Positions 37,073-47,330 of a DNA stretch of 64,000 bases are shown here, piece after piece (position 1 is the stretch's first letter; every line of letters starts with the position of its first letter). Under the pieces are notes generated by a model. The model had not been told where the DNA came from. It made no database searches and saw only the letters and a list, made by a program, of their open reading frames with translations. The position numbers and the translations under genes were made by a program. Source of the DNA: an uncultured bacterium (GTDB lineage Bacteria; Patescibacteriota; Minisyncoccia; UBA6257; GWB1-50-10); assembly GCA_963768835.1 (NCBI GenBank), contig CAVYJB010000001.1:24420-88419 (forward strand), read 5' to 3'.

Positions 37073-38422
37073 CTACTGGACCACTTCTAGATATTGGCGC
37101 GGGTCGAGGTCACCACCGACAGGCATTGGGCCGCAGCTCTTGGTCCATTCAGCCCCTTCGGGAAGCCCCGGACGCGCAGGCGTCAAGGTTTGAGAAGCAA
37201 AAACTGAGAAGTGGGTATGGGGTCCCGTGGCCCACCCGGTTTTCCCCAAATAGCCGATAACGTCGCCGCGCTTCACTTTCTCCCCAATGGTGACAATAGA
37301 ACGCGAGAGATGGCCGTAGAGCGTAGTAAGGCCATTGTTATGCTTGATCTCAATGAAGCGGCCGTAGGCCGCCCGAGGACAGAACTGGTCCTGGTTACCG
37401 GTATCGATGACGGTACCATCCTCGGCCGCATAAACTTCCGTACCGACCGCCACCGCATCGATATCAATACCGTTGTGCCATTGGCTGTGGTAATTCTTGA
37501 TGGCAAAATCTGTACGGCCATAGCCTTGCGTCATCCGTCCGTCCTTCACGGGCCAAAGTAGCACGCCGGGGCGCGGCAACGGGAGAAGATTGGGATCGAT
37601 GTTTTTCCGGAGAATGGATTCAATACCCGCAATCTCGTCTGAAATGGCCTGTTGCTGCTGCTCCAGTGCGGAGAGTTGGCTTTGATAAACCTGCTCTTGG
37701 TCGTTGGTTTGAGCCAAGAGTTGCTGTTTCGCCACCTGTTGATCTTGAACAATATACTGGCGGTTCACAAGATCTACCCGTTCGACTTGGCGTGCCGCCC
37801 GGTCACTTTGCGCACTGGAGATCTGGCTCGTCAGCTGATTCTCTAGATCTCCGAGGCGCTTCACGTTATCAACTAGAGTTTGGCTTAGGGTCACGGTTGC
37901 TTGGATGTCCGCGACGCTATCGCTCAAATGTTCATTTCTAAGAAGGGTCGTGAGAATGGTGTCGTGGTCTCGTTCTTCGAGTGAGACAAAAAGCCGCAAG
38001 ACGCCCGCGCGCTGGTCATCAATCTGCGTCTTGAGCGTCGCAATAGCATCCGTAGATTGCTGAATCTCGAGACCTAGTTGATCAATACGGATCTGGTTCT
38101 CCTTGATGGAAAGGTTCACCTGCTGGACACTCGCATCGATAGTGTTAAGGTCACGGCTTAGGCTGCTTTTGGACTGCGTGACCACATCGAGGTTCTTCTG
38201 GATGGCGCTCTTCTGGTCCTCGATAGTTTGGAGCTCCTGCGCTTTTTGCTTAATAAGATCCGCGAGGGTCCCTCCAGCGGATGTAGAGGATGCCGTCGAG
38301 GACGACATGGTCGCGTCCTGCGAATAGACCGTCGACGCAATGAAAAGCCCAGCAAGGGTTACGCTCATCGTGAGCGCAGAGAGGGCAAGAACAAACCGTT
38401 TATGGAAAGGGCGGTAATTCAT
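37073..38422 (-). CDS. M23 family metallopeptidase with N-terminal coiled coil (EnvC-like)
   Basis: HNGIDID ... GRFIEIKHNNGLTTLYGHL ... GKTGWATGPHTHF (HxxxD and HxH motifs); start at MNYRPFHK. Confidence 0.85.
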   Translation of the reverse strand: MNYRPFHKRFVLALSALTMSVTLAGLFIASTVYSQDATMSSSTASSTSAGGTLADLIKQKAQELQTIEDQKSAIQKNLDVVTQSKSSLSRDLNTIDASVQQVNLSIKENQIRIDQLGLEIQQSTDAIATLKTQIDDQRAGVLRLFVSLEERDHDTILTTLLRNEHLSDSVADIQATVTLSQTLVDNVKRLGDLENQLTSQISSAQSDRAARQVERVDLVNRQYIVQDQQVAKQQLLAQTNDQEQVYQSQLSALEQQQQAISDEIAGIESILRKNIDPNLLPLPRPGVLLWPVKDGRMTQGYGRTDFAIKNYHSQWHNGIDIDAVAVGTEVYAAEDGTVIDTGNQDQFCPRAAYGRFIEIKHNNGLTTLYGHLSRSIVTIGEKVKRGDVIGYLGKTGWATGPHTHFSVFASQTLTPARPGLPEGAEWTKSCGPMPVGGDLDPRQYLEVVQ

Positions 38423-38432
38423 CTCTTTATTT

Positions 38433-39845
38433 CTACTCTTCCGAAAACTTCCTAAGTGCGATGTCGATCCGGCGGAGGGATTCCTTCTTCTTGAGAACCG
38501 CAAGAAGATCCTGAGGAGCTGGCGAGGCTTGGGAACCAGAGAGCGCGACCCGGAGAGGCCAGAAGACCTCTCCCCTCCCCCGACGTTCTACCAGTGACGC
38601 GAGGGCCTGCATTGTCCCCTCCGAAGTAAAAGATTCGTCGTTCAATTTTTCAAGCGCAGAGCGTACCTCAAGGAGCGCCGCGACGGTATCCTCAGGAGGC
38701 GTATCGTTCCAATGAAGAAGTTTTGATGGATAATCCGGGAGCTCGAAAAAGAACCGAGCGATGTCAGCAAAGCCTGAGAGACGCTTCAGGCGTTCGCGCT
38801 CGGCTCCCACCACCGCGCGGAAAAAAACTTCATCCTTCATCCATCCCTCCGGAATGAAAGGTTTGAGATGTCCCACCAATGCTTCCACGGAGAGCGTCCG
38901 GAGATAATGCGCATTGAGCCATTCGAGTTTTTCCTCATTGAAAACCGCTCCTCCTTTTTGTACCCGACGAATATCGAATTCCTTCACCATCGCCGCACGA
39001 TCCAGCACCTCGCGGTCCGGCACGGGATGCCATCCAAGGAGCACGAGGAAGTTCAAGAGCGCCTCCGGAAGATACCCTTGGGTCCGATAGTCGCTCACCG
39101 ATGCAGCCATGAATCGCTTCGATAGCTTCTTCCGGTCGGGCCCTAGAATGAGGGGCAGGTGGGCATAGTGAGGGTGCGAGTACCCCAGCGCATCCTGGAT
39201 GGCCATCTGCTTCGGCGTGTTCGAGAGATGCTCTTCACCCCGGATGACGTGGGAAACGCGCGCGTCGAAATCGTCCACCACGACTGCGAAGTTATAGAGA
39301 GGCTCCCGAAGCCCTTTTGCAATGATAATATCCCCGAAGAGAGCCCCGCTGAATTCCACCTTCCCGCGCACGAGATCTGTAAAGGCAAAAATCCCCTCCG
39401 GCATCCGAAAACGAATGACCGATGATCGCGTTTTCTGCTTCTCCTCCACCTCGGCAGGGGAAAGCCCGCGACACCGCCCTCCGTACTTCGGCGGGAGCCC
39501 CTGGGAAAGTTGCGCTTGGCGTTCCGCTTCCAGTTCTTCGGGGGTGCAGAAACACCGATACGCCTTCCGTTCCTCGAGGAGCTTACGGAGAACCGCTTCG
39601 TACGTCCCGAGGCGCTCACTCTGACGCACCACCGGTTCATCGCTTTCAAGGCCGAACCATTCGAGGCTCTTCAATAGATCCGCCTCGTACTCGGGGCGGG
39701 AACGCTCCCGGTCCGTATCCTCGATTCGGACAAGGAAAACACCGCCCTCATGGCGGGCGAAAAGCCAGGTAAAGAGGGCGGTCCGGATATTCGCAAGGCT
39801 GACGAGCCCCGTAGGAGAAGGAGCGAAACGCACCCGGACTTCCAT
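38433..39845 (-). CDS. gltX: Glutamyl-tRNA synthetase
   Basis: RFAPSPTG ... VRIEDTDRERS; C-terminal anticodon-binding domain; ATG at 39845 preferred over the upstream TTG at 39881. Confidence 0.9.
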   Translation of the reverse strand: MEVRVRFAPSPTGLVSLANIRTALFTWLFARHEGGVFLVRIEDTDRERSRPEYEADLLKSLEWFGLESDEPVVRQSERLGTYEAVLRKLLEERKAYRCFCTPEELEAERQAQLSQGLPPKYGGRCRGLSPAEVEEKQKTRSSVIRFRMPEGIFAFTDLVRGKVEFSGALFGDIIIAKGLREPLYNFAVVVDDFDARVSHVIRGEEHLSNTPKQMAIQDALGYSHPHYAHLPLILGPDRKKLSKRFMAASVSDYRTQGYLPEALLNFLVLLGWHPVPDREVLDRAAMVKEFDIRRVQKGGAVFNEEKLEWLNAHYLRTLSVEALVGHLKPFIPEGWMKDEVFFRAVVGAERERLKRLSGFADIARFFFELPDYPSKLLHWNDTPPEDTVAALLEVRSALEKLNDESFTSEGTMQALASLVERRGRGEVFWPLRVALSGSQASPAPQDLLAVLKKKESLRRIDIALRKFSEE

Positions 39846-39918
39846 GGGGCCAGTATACCCCCCAAAACCGGGCTTGGCCAATCCTGCTCAGTATTTCTTG
39901 GAGAAATCCGGCGGAATA

Positions 39919-41055
39919 TCAGCGCCGTGCGAGGCCGAGGACCGCCTGGGCCAGAAGATGAGCCGCGTCGGGTTTGTAGAACGCCCGGGCCGCCGCCTCC
40001 ATCGCTGCCCGCCGTTCGGGCTTCCCGACAATCCCCTCGAGCTCCCGAAGAACGAGATGGGGACCCAAATTATCCTCCGCAAGAAGCACCGCCGCGCCCG
40101 TCGAGGCATACTCGAAGGCGTTTGCGTGCTGGTGATTCCCGGCCGCACTCGCGAGCGGCACGAGAAGCGCGGCCCGGCCGAAGTAAGCGAGCTCGTAAAT
40201 AGATCCAGCGCCCGCCCGTTCCATAACGATATCGGCAGCTTCGAGAGCCCGGCGGAGTTCGTACCCGGGAAGAAAACTGATACTGCGGTAGCGTGTCCGG
40301 AGCGCGGGATCCAAATCCCGGAGCGCAAGCCCTAGGGTTTCCTTCACCGCTTTTTCATTTCCACTCCCCACTTGGTGGAGCACCTGATAGAGCGGAAGCA
40401 GCATGCTAAGGTTATCAATGATAAAGCGGTTCAATGCCGCGGCGCCTTGGGATCCCCCCAGAACAAGCAGGAGGGAGATATGGGGATCAAAGCCGAGTTC
40501 ATGTTTCGCTTGCGATGTTTCCACTCGGTCCCCCAGGAGATCGGAGCGAAGCGGGTTTCCCACGAGCGCCACCTTTTTCGCCGGGAAGTAGCGGGCGGCA
40601 GCCGCGAAGGCAATACCAATACGCTCCGCAAAAGGCGCGGAGAGACGATTCGTGAGGCCTGGCACCGCGTCAGACTCATGAATGACGACGGGAATTCGAT
40701 AGAATCGCGCCACAAGAACCACCGCCAACGCGCCTGGCCCTCCTTTTGAGAAAACCGCGTCGGGCATCAAGATATAAAGGTGGACGAGCGCCTGGGCAAG
40801 CCCGATGCAGAACTTGGGAACATCAAAAAGATTTCTTAAATCGAAATATCGTCGCAGCTTGCTCGACAAGATGCGGCGTATGGGAATTCCGCGTTCCTCA
40901 ATCTCGACGTCCCACGGGCTCGGGGGGCCGATATAGTAGAGCTCAAGCGTACCCTTTGGTTCTTTTAGGAGCTCTTCCGCAACGGCCAGGAGCGGATATA
41001 GGTGGCCTCCGGTTCCCCCACCAGTCAGGACAATGCGTGTGCGGTCAGTGGTCAT
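39919..41055 (-). CDS. murG: Undecaprenyldiphospho-muramoylpentapeptide beta-N-acetylglucosaminyltransferase
   Basis: LTGGGTGGHLYPLLAVAEEL N-terminal motif and MurG C-domain. Confidence 0.92.
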   Translation of the reverse strand: MTTDRTRIVLTGGGTGGHLYPLLAVAEELLKEPKGTLELYYIGPPSPWDVEIEERGIPIRRILSSKLRRYFDLRNLFDVPKFCIGLAQALVHLYILMPDAVFSKGGPGALAVVLVARFYRIPVVIHESDAVPGLTNRLSAPFAERIGIAFAAAARYFPAKKVALVGNPLRSDLLGDRVETSQAKHELGFDPHISLLLVLGGSQGAAALNRFIIDNLSMLLPLYQVLHQVGSGNEKAVKETLGLALRDLDPALRTRYRSISFLPGYELRRALEAADIVMERAGAGSIYELAYFGRAALLVPLASAAGNHQHANAFEYASTGAAVLLAEDNLGPHLVLRELEGIVGKPERRAAMEAAARAFYKPDAAHLLAQAVLGLARR

Positions 41056-42164
41056 CGGCGCGTGCGGTATCTAGAAATATTAACGATGACACCGCCCATC
41101 GTCAAAAGAACGGTGAGTGCGGTCCCCCCATAGCTCACGAACGGCAAGGGCAACCCCGTCAAAGGAATGACGCCTGAGATGGCGGCAATATTCATGAAGG
41201 CCTGGAACCCGATAAGGGAAGCGAAACCAGTCGCAAGTAGCCGCCCAAAATTATCAGGACAGGAACGGGCGATTACGAGACCCCGAAGGACAAGAAGCAG
41301 GTAAACCACGACAAGAGCGGCGGCGCCTACAAACCCCAACTCATTCGCGATAACCGCGAAGATGGAGTCCCCAATGGGCTCCGGAAGCGCGTTGAGCTTC
41401 GTGGTGGATTGGCCGTATCCCACGCCCCATAAACCCCCTGCTCCAATCGTGATAAGCGCCTGATTCGCCTGATAGGAAGCTCCGTAGGGATCGCTCGTTG
41501 GGTTTAGAAACGTTGCAACGCGAGCAAAGCGATAAGGCGTAATGGTCACGAGAAGCGAAAGTACCAGACAAGCGAGGAGTCCTGCAACCGCAAGGAAACG
41601 CAGACGTGCCCCCGCGGTGAAGTATGTGAGAATCGAAGCGCCAAAAAGCACCACCGCTGTCGAGGTGGAAGGTTGAAGAAAGAGCAGGCCCATCACCATT
41701 CCGAGAAGCACCAGAAAGGGCAGGAATCCATCCTTCCAATTCCGACTACGCGCCTGGTTACGACTGACCCACACCGCGAGATACATAAGGAAAGCTAATT
41801 TTAGAAGTTCGCCCGGCTGAAACGTGATAGAACCCACGTGGAGCGCACGAGCACTTCCTTTCGCGCCAAATCCTAAAGGCGTGAAAACGAGGATAAGGAG
41901 AACAATAGATACGATAAGAAGCGGCGTAGCCCAAGATCCCCAGCGACGATAGTATACGAAGGCCCCTAAGAAAAACCCGGCGATGCCCGGCAAGAGCCCC
42001 AGCATCAGCTGGTGCTTCAGATAGTAATAACTGTCGCCGAATTGCGCTTTCGCAAGGTCCGAGGAAGCGCTCGTGAGCATCACGAGTCCAAAGACCGTGA
42101 GGACCACGAGGAGCGATATGAACGCGTAGTCCGGCGCAGAGACCCTTGGTTTCCCGGTAGCCAT
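41052..42164 (-). CDS. ftsW: SEDS-family peptidoglycan glycosyltransferase FtsW/RodA
   Basis: Ten TM helices with conserved SEDS blocks; 4-nt overlap with murG. Confidence 0.9.
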   Translation of the reverse strand: MATGKPRVSAPDYAFISLLVVLTVFGLVMLTSASSDLAKAQFGDSYYYLKHQLMLGLLPGIAGFFLGAFVYYRRWGSWATPLLIVSIVLLILVFTPLGFGAKGSARALHVGSITFQPGELLKLAFLMYLAVWVSRNQARSRNWKDGFLPFLVLLGMVMGLLFLQPSTSTAVVLFGASILTYFTAGARLRFLAVAGLLACLVLSLLVTITPYRFARVATFLNPTSDPYGASYQANQALITIGAGGLWGVGYGQSTTKLNALPEPIGDSIFAVIANELGFVGAAALVVVYLLLVLRGLVIARSCPDNFGRLLATGFASLIGFQAFMNIAAISGVIPLTGLPLPFVSYGGTALTVLLTMGGVIVNISRYRTRR

Positions 42165-42168
42165 GGGT

Positions 42169-43668
42169 TCAAGCGCTTGCCCGTAGGATGGAGCCCTTGA
42201 GGGTGTTTGTGACGGCTCCTTCGCGCAGAGCCGGGACTCCGTTCACGAGGACGTCGGTCGGCCTAAAATCGCGTAGAACGACGAGGTCGGCTGCGTATCC
42301 CTCACGGATAAAGCCCCTGCCTTTCAACCGGTACTTCTTCGCGGGGATCCCGGTCGCTTTTGCGACGGCGCGCTCAAGTGGCATTAAGCTCTTTTCAGCA
42401 ACAAGGGAGAGGAATGCGGGGAATGTACGGCAGCTTCGTTCTTGCTTCAACTCACCCTCCCCAAGTGCGGTGCCGTTTGAGGCAATGATGGAGGTCCCTT
42501 TCGTGAGAAAGCTCTCAAGCGCGTTCATACTGACATCCTTGTAAAAAAGAATGGTGCCAAGGCGTGTCATTCTGAGGAGGCGGAGGAATGCCGCCTCGAA
42601 TGGTAGCCCTTGGTTCGCCGCGAACTGCTGAACTGTTTTCCCCTCAAGAAACTTCAGTGCCGGGTCCTGCACATGACCAATCACAAGATCTGTCGCGGCG
42701 AACCTTGAGAAGTATTCCAGGAGGCGTGCCTCGCTCATGGACGATAGAATGTGGTCCAGCATGACGTGTACGCCGCCATCCTGTACCCATTGGGGTAGGA
42801 AGGTATAAATTGCCATCGCGAGGGTATCAAAGGGGCATACATCAAAATGGATATGAATCGTCGCGGACGCGCTCTCGATGAGATTCACGGCTTCCTCGTA
42901 GAGCGGCACGTACGCGCGGCGCGGCTCCAGGTGACTTATCTCCACGTTTACACCGGTCGCTTCCGCGAGATGGAGTGTTTCGCGGACGGACTCCATGATG
43001 TTCTGCTCCACGTTCCGAAGATGCGTTGCATAGACGCGACCAGAAAGCGCCGCAACCTTCGCGAGCGCCTCGATCTCGTAAGGCGCCACACGGCGGGAAT
43101 GGACGTACTCTAGTCCGGTAGAGAAACCGAACGCGCCCTCCGCGAGCGCTTCGCGGATCATGAGCTTCGAGCGCTCGAGTTCCCCTTCCGTGAGATCCCG
43201 AAGTTGGTCGCCGATCAAGGCCCGGCGGATAGTCGAGTGTCCCACCAACGTCCCGAAGTTAACGCCGAGTCCCTGCGTCTCAAGAACCGCGAGGAACTCT
43301 TTCATGCTCCTCCAGTTTACATTTACACGCGACGGTTCCCCCCACTTCTTGATGGGATCCAAAGACCCTGTCGGAAGCGGCGCAAGGGATGCTCCGCAGT
43401 TTCCCCCAATAGTGGTTGTGACGCCCTGACGAATGAAGTCGCGCTGATAGGGTTCGGAAAACAGCGAGAGGTAGTGATCCGAACCCGTGTCGATATCCAC
43501 AAAACCTGGCGTTACGAGGGCGCCCGTCGCATCAATGACTACATCGGCCCTCTCGCGAGGGAAACTCCCGCGCGGGGCAAAGACGCCATCCTGGATCAAC
43601 ACATCTTCCTGTTTCGGCGTTTCCCCGCTTCCGTCATAGACTACGCCGTTCTTGATGAGCGTCGTCAT
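42169..43668 (-). CDS. Amidohydrolase-family protein (N-acyl-D-amino-acid deacylase-like), with an atypical metal-binding motif
   Basis: LIKNGVVYDG ... VIDATGALVTPGFVDIDTGSDH in place of the canonical DxHxH; YATHLRN block; start at MTTLIKNG. Confidence 0.7.
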   Translation of the reverse strand: MTTLIKNGVVYDGSGETPKQEDVLIQDGVFAPRGSFPRERADVVIDATGALVTPGFVDIDTGSDHYLSLFSEPYQRDFIRQGVTTTIGGNCGASLAPLPTGSLDPIKKWGEPSRVNVNWRSMKEFLAVLETQGLGVNFGTLVGHSTIRRALIGDQLRDLTEGELERSKLMIREALAEGAFGFSTGLEYVHSRRVAPYEIEALAKVAALSGRVYATHLRNVEQNIMESVRETLHLAEATGVNVEISHLEPRRAYVPLYEEAVNLIESASATIHIHFDVCPFDTLAMAIYTFLPQWVQDGGVHVMLDHILSSMSEARLLEYFSRFAATDLVIGHVQDPALKFLEGKTVQQFAANQGLPFEAAFLRLLRMTRLGTILFYKDVSMNALESFLTKGTSIIASNGTALGEGELKQERSCRTFPAFLSLVAEKSLMPLERAVAKATGIPAKKYRLKGRGFIREGYAADLVVLRDFRPTDVLVNGVPALREGAVTNTLKGSILRASA

Positions 43669-43736
43669 TATCCTCTCATTGTACCGCAAACCATACGGCC
43701 CCAACAGCGCATAGCGTGCCCGCCGTCATAACCTCC

Positions 43737-43895
43737 CTAATGCACCGCCGTGAACGCGACGCCGAGATAATAGGGCCAGAGGATGATGGCAAATACCGCC
43801 TTCCAAAACGCGAGATGGAGAAAGCCGATGCTGAATAACCAGCCGATAACCCAGAGAATTCCCATACCATGTTGTTGTGCCGCGGCCTTTTTCAT
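43737..43895 (-). CDS. Small membrane protein (52 aa)
   Basis: My own translation MKKAAAQQHGMGILWVIGWLFSIGFLHLAFWKAVFAIILWPYYLGVAFTAVH; fills the gap between the amidohydrolase and mraY; below the ORF-track cutoff. Confidence 0.3.
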   Translation of the reverse strand: MKKAAAQQHGMGILWVIGWLFSIGFLHLAFWKAVFAIILWPYYLGVAFTAVH

Positions 43896-43913
43896 AGTTG
43901 GAGCAATAAATAG

Positions 43914-44960
43914 TTAGACAAAATGCGAGAGAAAAAAGAGAACGAGGCCCACGATGGCCATCACGGCCGAGATAATCCAAAACCGCATGGTAACCTGACT
44001 TTCGGGCCACCCCAGACCTTCAAAGTGATGGTGAATGGGTGTCGAGAGAAAGACTTTCTTCTTTCGAAGTTTCTTGCTTATAAGCTGGACAATCACCGAA
44101 CCGGACTCCACCACGGGGATGAAGGCGAAGAAGGGTAGGAGAAGTACGGTGTTTGTAAGCATCGCCATCACCCCTAGGGTGATACCAAGAGACATCGAGC
44201 CCGTATCCCCCATAAAGAATCTTGCGGGATAAATGTTGAACCACAGGAATGCGAGGAGCGCGCCCAAAATGGTTGCGTCCATCGCAGCCAGATCATAACG
44301 CTGGAGGACGAAGGCAACGACCGCCAAGGCTCCAAAGGCAAAGAAGAAAGTGCCGGCCGCGAGACCGTCTAATCCGTCGGTTTCGTTCGCGGAAAAGGCG
44401 GTCGCAACCAAGATGAAAAGGAAAATGGGGATATACCAGGGTCCCACCTGGACATTCCCAATGAAAGGGATGGAGAGCACGGTCCAGTTCAGCTTGAAGT
44501 AGAACCACCAGGCGCCTATTGCAGCGATGGCTGTATAGATGAGAAGTTTCTGCCGCACCGCGAGTCCCCCGCCATGCGGCCCTTTCCCTAAAATACCAAA
44601 GAGATCGTCCACTAGGCCCACAACCGCAGCGAGCGCCAAGGCGAAGAGCGGAAGAAAAGTCTCCGCACGATTCATGAAGTTCAGATAGTTTGCGAAGCCA
44701 TCAAAAAGGTTCCCGAGGAGGGCAAAGAGGAGCGCCAGAAGAAGCACTGTCCCCCAGATGATAATGCCACCCATCGTCGGCGTATTCCCCTTATCCTTGT
44801 GAAATTGGTGGAAAATAGGTGCCGTTTCAGCTGTCCGGATGTTCCTTTTTCGGAGATTCCATCGATAGAGACTGTGGAGAATAAACGGCGTGAGGATGAG
44901 CGCGACGAGGAACGCCAGCGCGAAGAGGATGAGAGTGCGAATTCCTTCAAAAGCAACCAT
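43914..44960 (-). CDS. mraY: Phospho-N-acetylmuramoyl-pentapeptide transferase
   Basis: MGGIIIWG, GLDGLAAG, DTGSMSLG motifs. Confidence 0.93.
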   Translation of the reverse strand: MVAFEGIRTLILFALAFLVALILTPFILHSLYRWNLRKRNIRTAETAPIFHQFHKDKGNTPTMGGIIIWGTVLLLALLFALLGNLFDGFANYLNFMNRAETFLPLFALALAAVVGLVDDLFGILGKGPHGGGLAVRQKLLIYTAIAAIGAWWFYFKLNWTVLSIPFIGNVQVGPWYIPIFLFILVATAFSANETDGLDGLAAGTFFFAFGALAVVAFVLQRYDLAAMDATILGALLAFLWFNIYPARFFMGDTGSMSLGITLGVMAMLTNTVLLLPFFAFIPVVESGSVIVQLISKKLRKKKVFLSTPIHHHFEGLGWPESQVTMRFWIISAVMAIVGLVLFFLSHFV

Positions 44961-44982
44961 GAGAAAGAGGGGGGGTTAGGGC

Positions 44983-45936
44983 CTAGAACGTGTAGGCATT
45001 TTCCATCCACTGGAGGACCTGAGTCGCAGCCTTCACCCGGTCTGAACTTCCAAGAATGATGAGGACAACCCGAAGATCGTGCAGTTGAAAAATAGCGATA
45101 AGATTCTGGTCGGCCTCGGGAAGCGTCCCGGTCTTACCGCCCAGGAAATCCGCGCGCGCGGCGAGCGGGTCGATGTTTGGAATCGTTTTAACCGCCGTCC
45201 CGTCCAAGGGCTGGACGAGAATAGAAGGAAGACGTGTCCAAGCGAAGATCTCTGGATGGTGCTCCAAAATATATTTCGTGAGCACGAAAAGATCGTCAAT
45301 CGTACCCTGATTCTGCGGCGAAAGACCTGACCCATCGTGGTAGGACGTATGGTCCATACCGAGTTCTTTCGCTTTGTTGTTCATGCGCGCCGCGAGAGCA
45401 TCTGCGCCACCGAAATAATCCTCGAATGCAGCTGCTGCGTCGTTCGAGGACGCGAGGAGCATCACGCGGAGAAGGTCCTGGGCGGAATAGGTTTCGCCGG
45501 CTACAAGCTGACCGAGATCACCCGGACTCTGAAGCGCATCGGCGTTAACCGTAACCTTCTTGTCCGCACCCGCGTCCTCAAGAACCACCACCGCGGTCAT
45601 AAGCTTTGTAAGAGATGCGATGGGCCACAGAGTATAGGGCCCAAGACGCAGGAGCTGGAAATCTTCGTCGAGAGACTCGGCGAGTACAGCTTTCGCGTCC
45701 ACCGCAGGATCTAGAACCTTCCAGTTCCTCGCCGGAAGACCGCTTGCCGCTACGACGGCGGGCTCGAGCGATGCCTTTTCGAACGAAAGAGCCGGCGGAA
45801 TAGGTATTGAGGTCGTTGTCTCCCCGGTTGCCACGGGCGCCCCAACGCTCACCGTAAGACGCGAAGGGATTTGCGTCAGGGCAAGTGAAACGAGGATAAA
45901 CAGCACGAGGACAAGCGCCTGGACACGAGGTGTCAT
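44983..45936 (-). CDS. D-alanyl-D-alanine carboxypeptidase (S11, PBP5/6-like)
   Basis: SLTKLMT (SxxK), SSND (SxN), KTGT motifs; signal peptide. Confidence 0.85.
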   Translation of the reverse strand: MTPRVQALVLVLFILVSLALTQIPSRLTVSVGAPVATGETTTSIPIPPALSFEKASLEPAVVAASGLPARNWKVLDPAVDAKAVLAESLDEDFQLLRLGPYTLWPIASLTKLMTAVVVLEDAGADKKVTVNADALQSPGDLGQLVAGETYSAQDLLRVMLLASSNDAAAAFEDYFGGADALAARMNNKAKELGMDHTSYHDGSGLSPQNQGTIDDLFVLTKYILEHHPEIFAWTRLPSILVQPLDGTAVKTIPNIDPLAARADFLGGKTGTLPEADQNLIAIFQLHDLRVVLIILGSSDRVKAATQVLQWMENAYTF

Positions 45937-46562
45937 GGTGTGGGAGAAACCTCGGGTCCCTTGGGGATGGGTGCGGGTGCGGCGCCAGAGGCTTCAACCG
46001 TTTGGGCCTCAATGGCCTGTGCTTCGAACCGTTCAAGGATCTCGCGGAAGTGCGGATACTCCGGCAAATCTTCAAGTTTCACGAGCCCCATATGGTTCAG
46101 GAAGGCGAAGCTTGCCCGGTACTGATGTACGTTCCCTTTCTCCCGCCCCATATCGCGCTCGATAAGGCCTCGCACCATCAGGTTGCGGAGCGTAAAACTC
46201 GAGTTCACACCACGAATGTAATCCACGGTGGAACGCGGCATCGGTCCAAGGTATGCAACAAGCGCAAGAACTTCGAGGGCAGCGGGGGTGAGTTGCTCGC
46301 GGAGTTCGTCCTTCAAAATCTTTTCCCCAATAGTCTTGAGCTCCGGCTTCGTCGCAAGTTGCACCGCATCGCCTTGGCGGATAAGAGTAAGACCCCGCAT
46401 AGGATCTGCCGCAAGAGTACCCGCGAACCCCTGCAGGAGTTGCTCACATTCCTCGGGTTTGATCTCAAGAAGATGCGCGATGCGTTTTACAGATATCGCC
46501 TCGCCATAATAAAAAAGGAGCGCTTCAAGCTCACTGAATTTGGGTGCTGATTCTCCGTTCAT
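45933..46562 (-). CDS. scpB: Segregation and condensation protein B
   Basis: LEALLFYYGEAISVKRIAHLL ... LEVLALVAYLGPMPRSTVDYIRGV tandem wHTH; the longer ORF to 46613 would overlap scpA. Confidence 0.85.
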   Translation of the reverse strand: MNGESAPKFSELEALLFYYGEAISVKRIAHLLEIKPEECEQLLQGFAGTLAADPMRGLTLIRQGDAVQLATKPELKTIGEKILKDELREQLTPAALEVLALVAYLGPMPRSTVDYIRGVNSSFTLRNLMVRGLIERDMGREKGNVHQYRASFAFLNHMGLVKLEDLPEYPHFREILERFEAQAIEAQTVEASGAAPAPIPKGPEVSPTP

Positions 46563-46596
46563 GGATGGTTCAATCTGCTCTGGAATAGTAACGAAT

Positions 46597-47304
46597 TTAG
46601 GTCCGCTTCGCAATGTTAATGGCTCCGAAATGCTCGGTCTGCGTGACTTCTACCAGTTGGTCCTTGATGAGATGGAGAACCGCGAGGAACAACACGACAA
46701 GTTCGGTGCGGCCCTTCCCCATACGGAAAGCTCCCAGCTCCTTCGGGGCCACCGTGAGCCGCGCAAACATCCTTTCAATCGTCTCCTTGAGGTGGAGAAT
46801 TTCCGCCTTGATGGTCCCGGCAGGACGGAAAACCCGCTCCAACTCCCCCACCATATGGCGCACCGTGTCGGCGAGAAGCGCGGGCGTGATGTCCTTCGGG
46901 GGGTAGAATACCGGCTCGGAACTGCTCAAAAACTCCCTTACAAGCATCTGTGGAAGTTCGTCCCACTTACTGCGAATCAGGCGCTGGGTAGCCTTAAGCT
47001 CCTGGTAAAGCTGGAGTCGCCCCTCGAGGTCACGGATGGCCCCTTCCTCCTCCTCAGTCAAGGGCAGCGCTGGAAGAAGAGCTTTGGACTTGATGAGTAG
47101 GAGTCTCGAAGCCACCACAAGGAAGTCTGCCATAATAGCCTCCGTGCCCTCTTTCGCTTCAAGCGTCTTCACATATTTCAAAAAATCGGCCGTCACATCG
47201 GCCAGAGTGAGCCGCGTAACCTCAAGTTTTTTCTCCTCAATAAGCTCCAGAAGCTTTTCCATCGGCCCCTGGAAATATTCGAGGGAGAGCTGATAAGAAA
47301 CCAT
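46597..47304 (-). CDS. scpA: Segregation and condensation protein A
   Basis: FQGPMEKLLELIEEKKLEVTRLTLADVTADFLKYV ScpA N-terminus. Confidence 0.88.
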   Translation of the reverse strand: MVSYQLSLEYFQGPMEKLLELIEEKKLEVTRLTLADVTADFLKYVKTLEAKEGTEAIMADFLVVASRLLLIKSKALLPALPLTEEEEGAIRDLEGRLQLYQELKATQRLIRSKWDELPQMLVREFLSSSEPVFYPPKDITPALLADTVRHMVGELERVFRPAGTIKAEILHLKETIERMFARLTVAPKELGAFRMGKGRTELVVLFLAVLHLIKDQLVEVTQTEHFGAINIAKRT

Positions 47305-47330
47305 TATTTCTATGATATACTAAAGCCGCA

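Noticed and set aside
38433-39881. gltX start at 39881
   Set aside because: The codon at 39879-39881 is TTG. An in-frame ATG at 39845 directly precedes the conserved RFAPSPTG motif, so it is preferred as the start.
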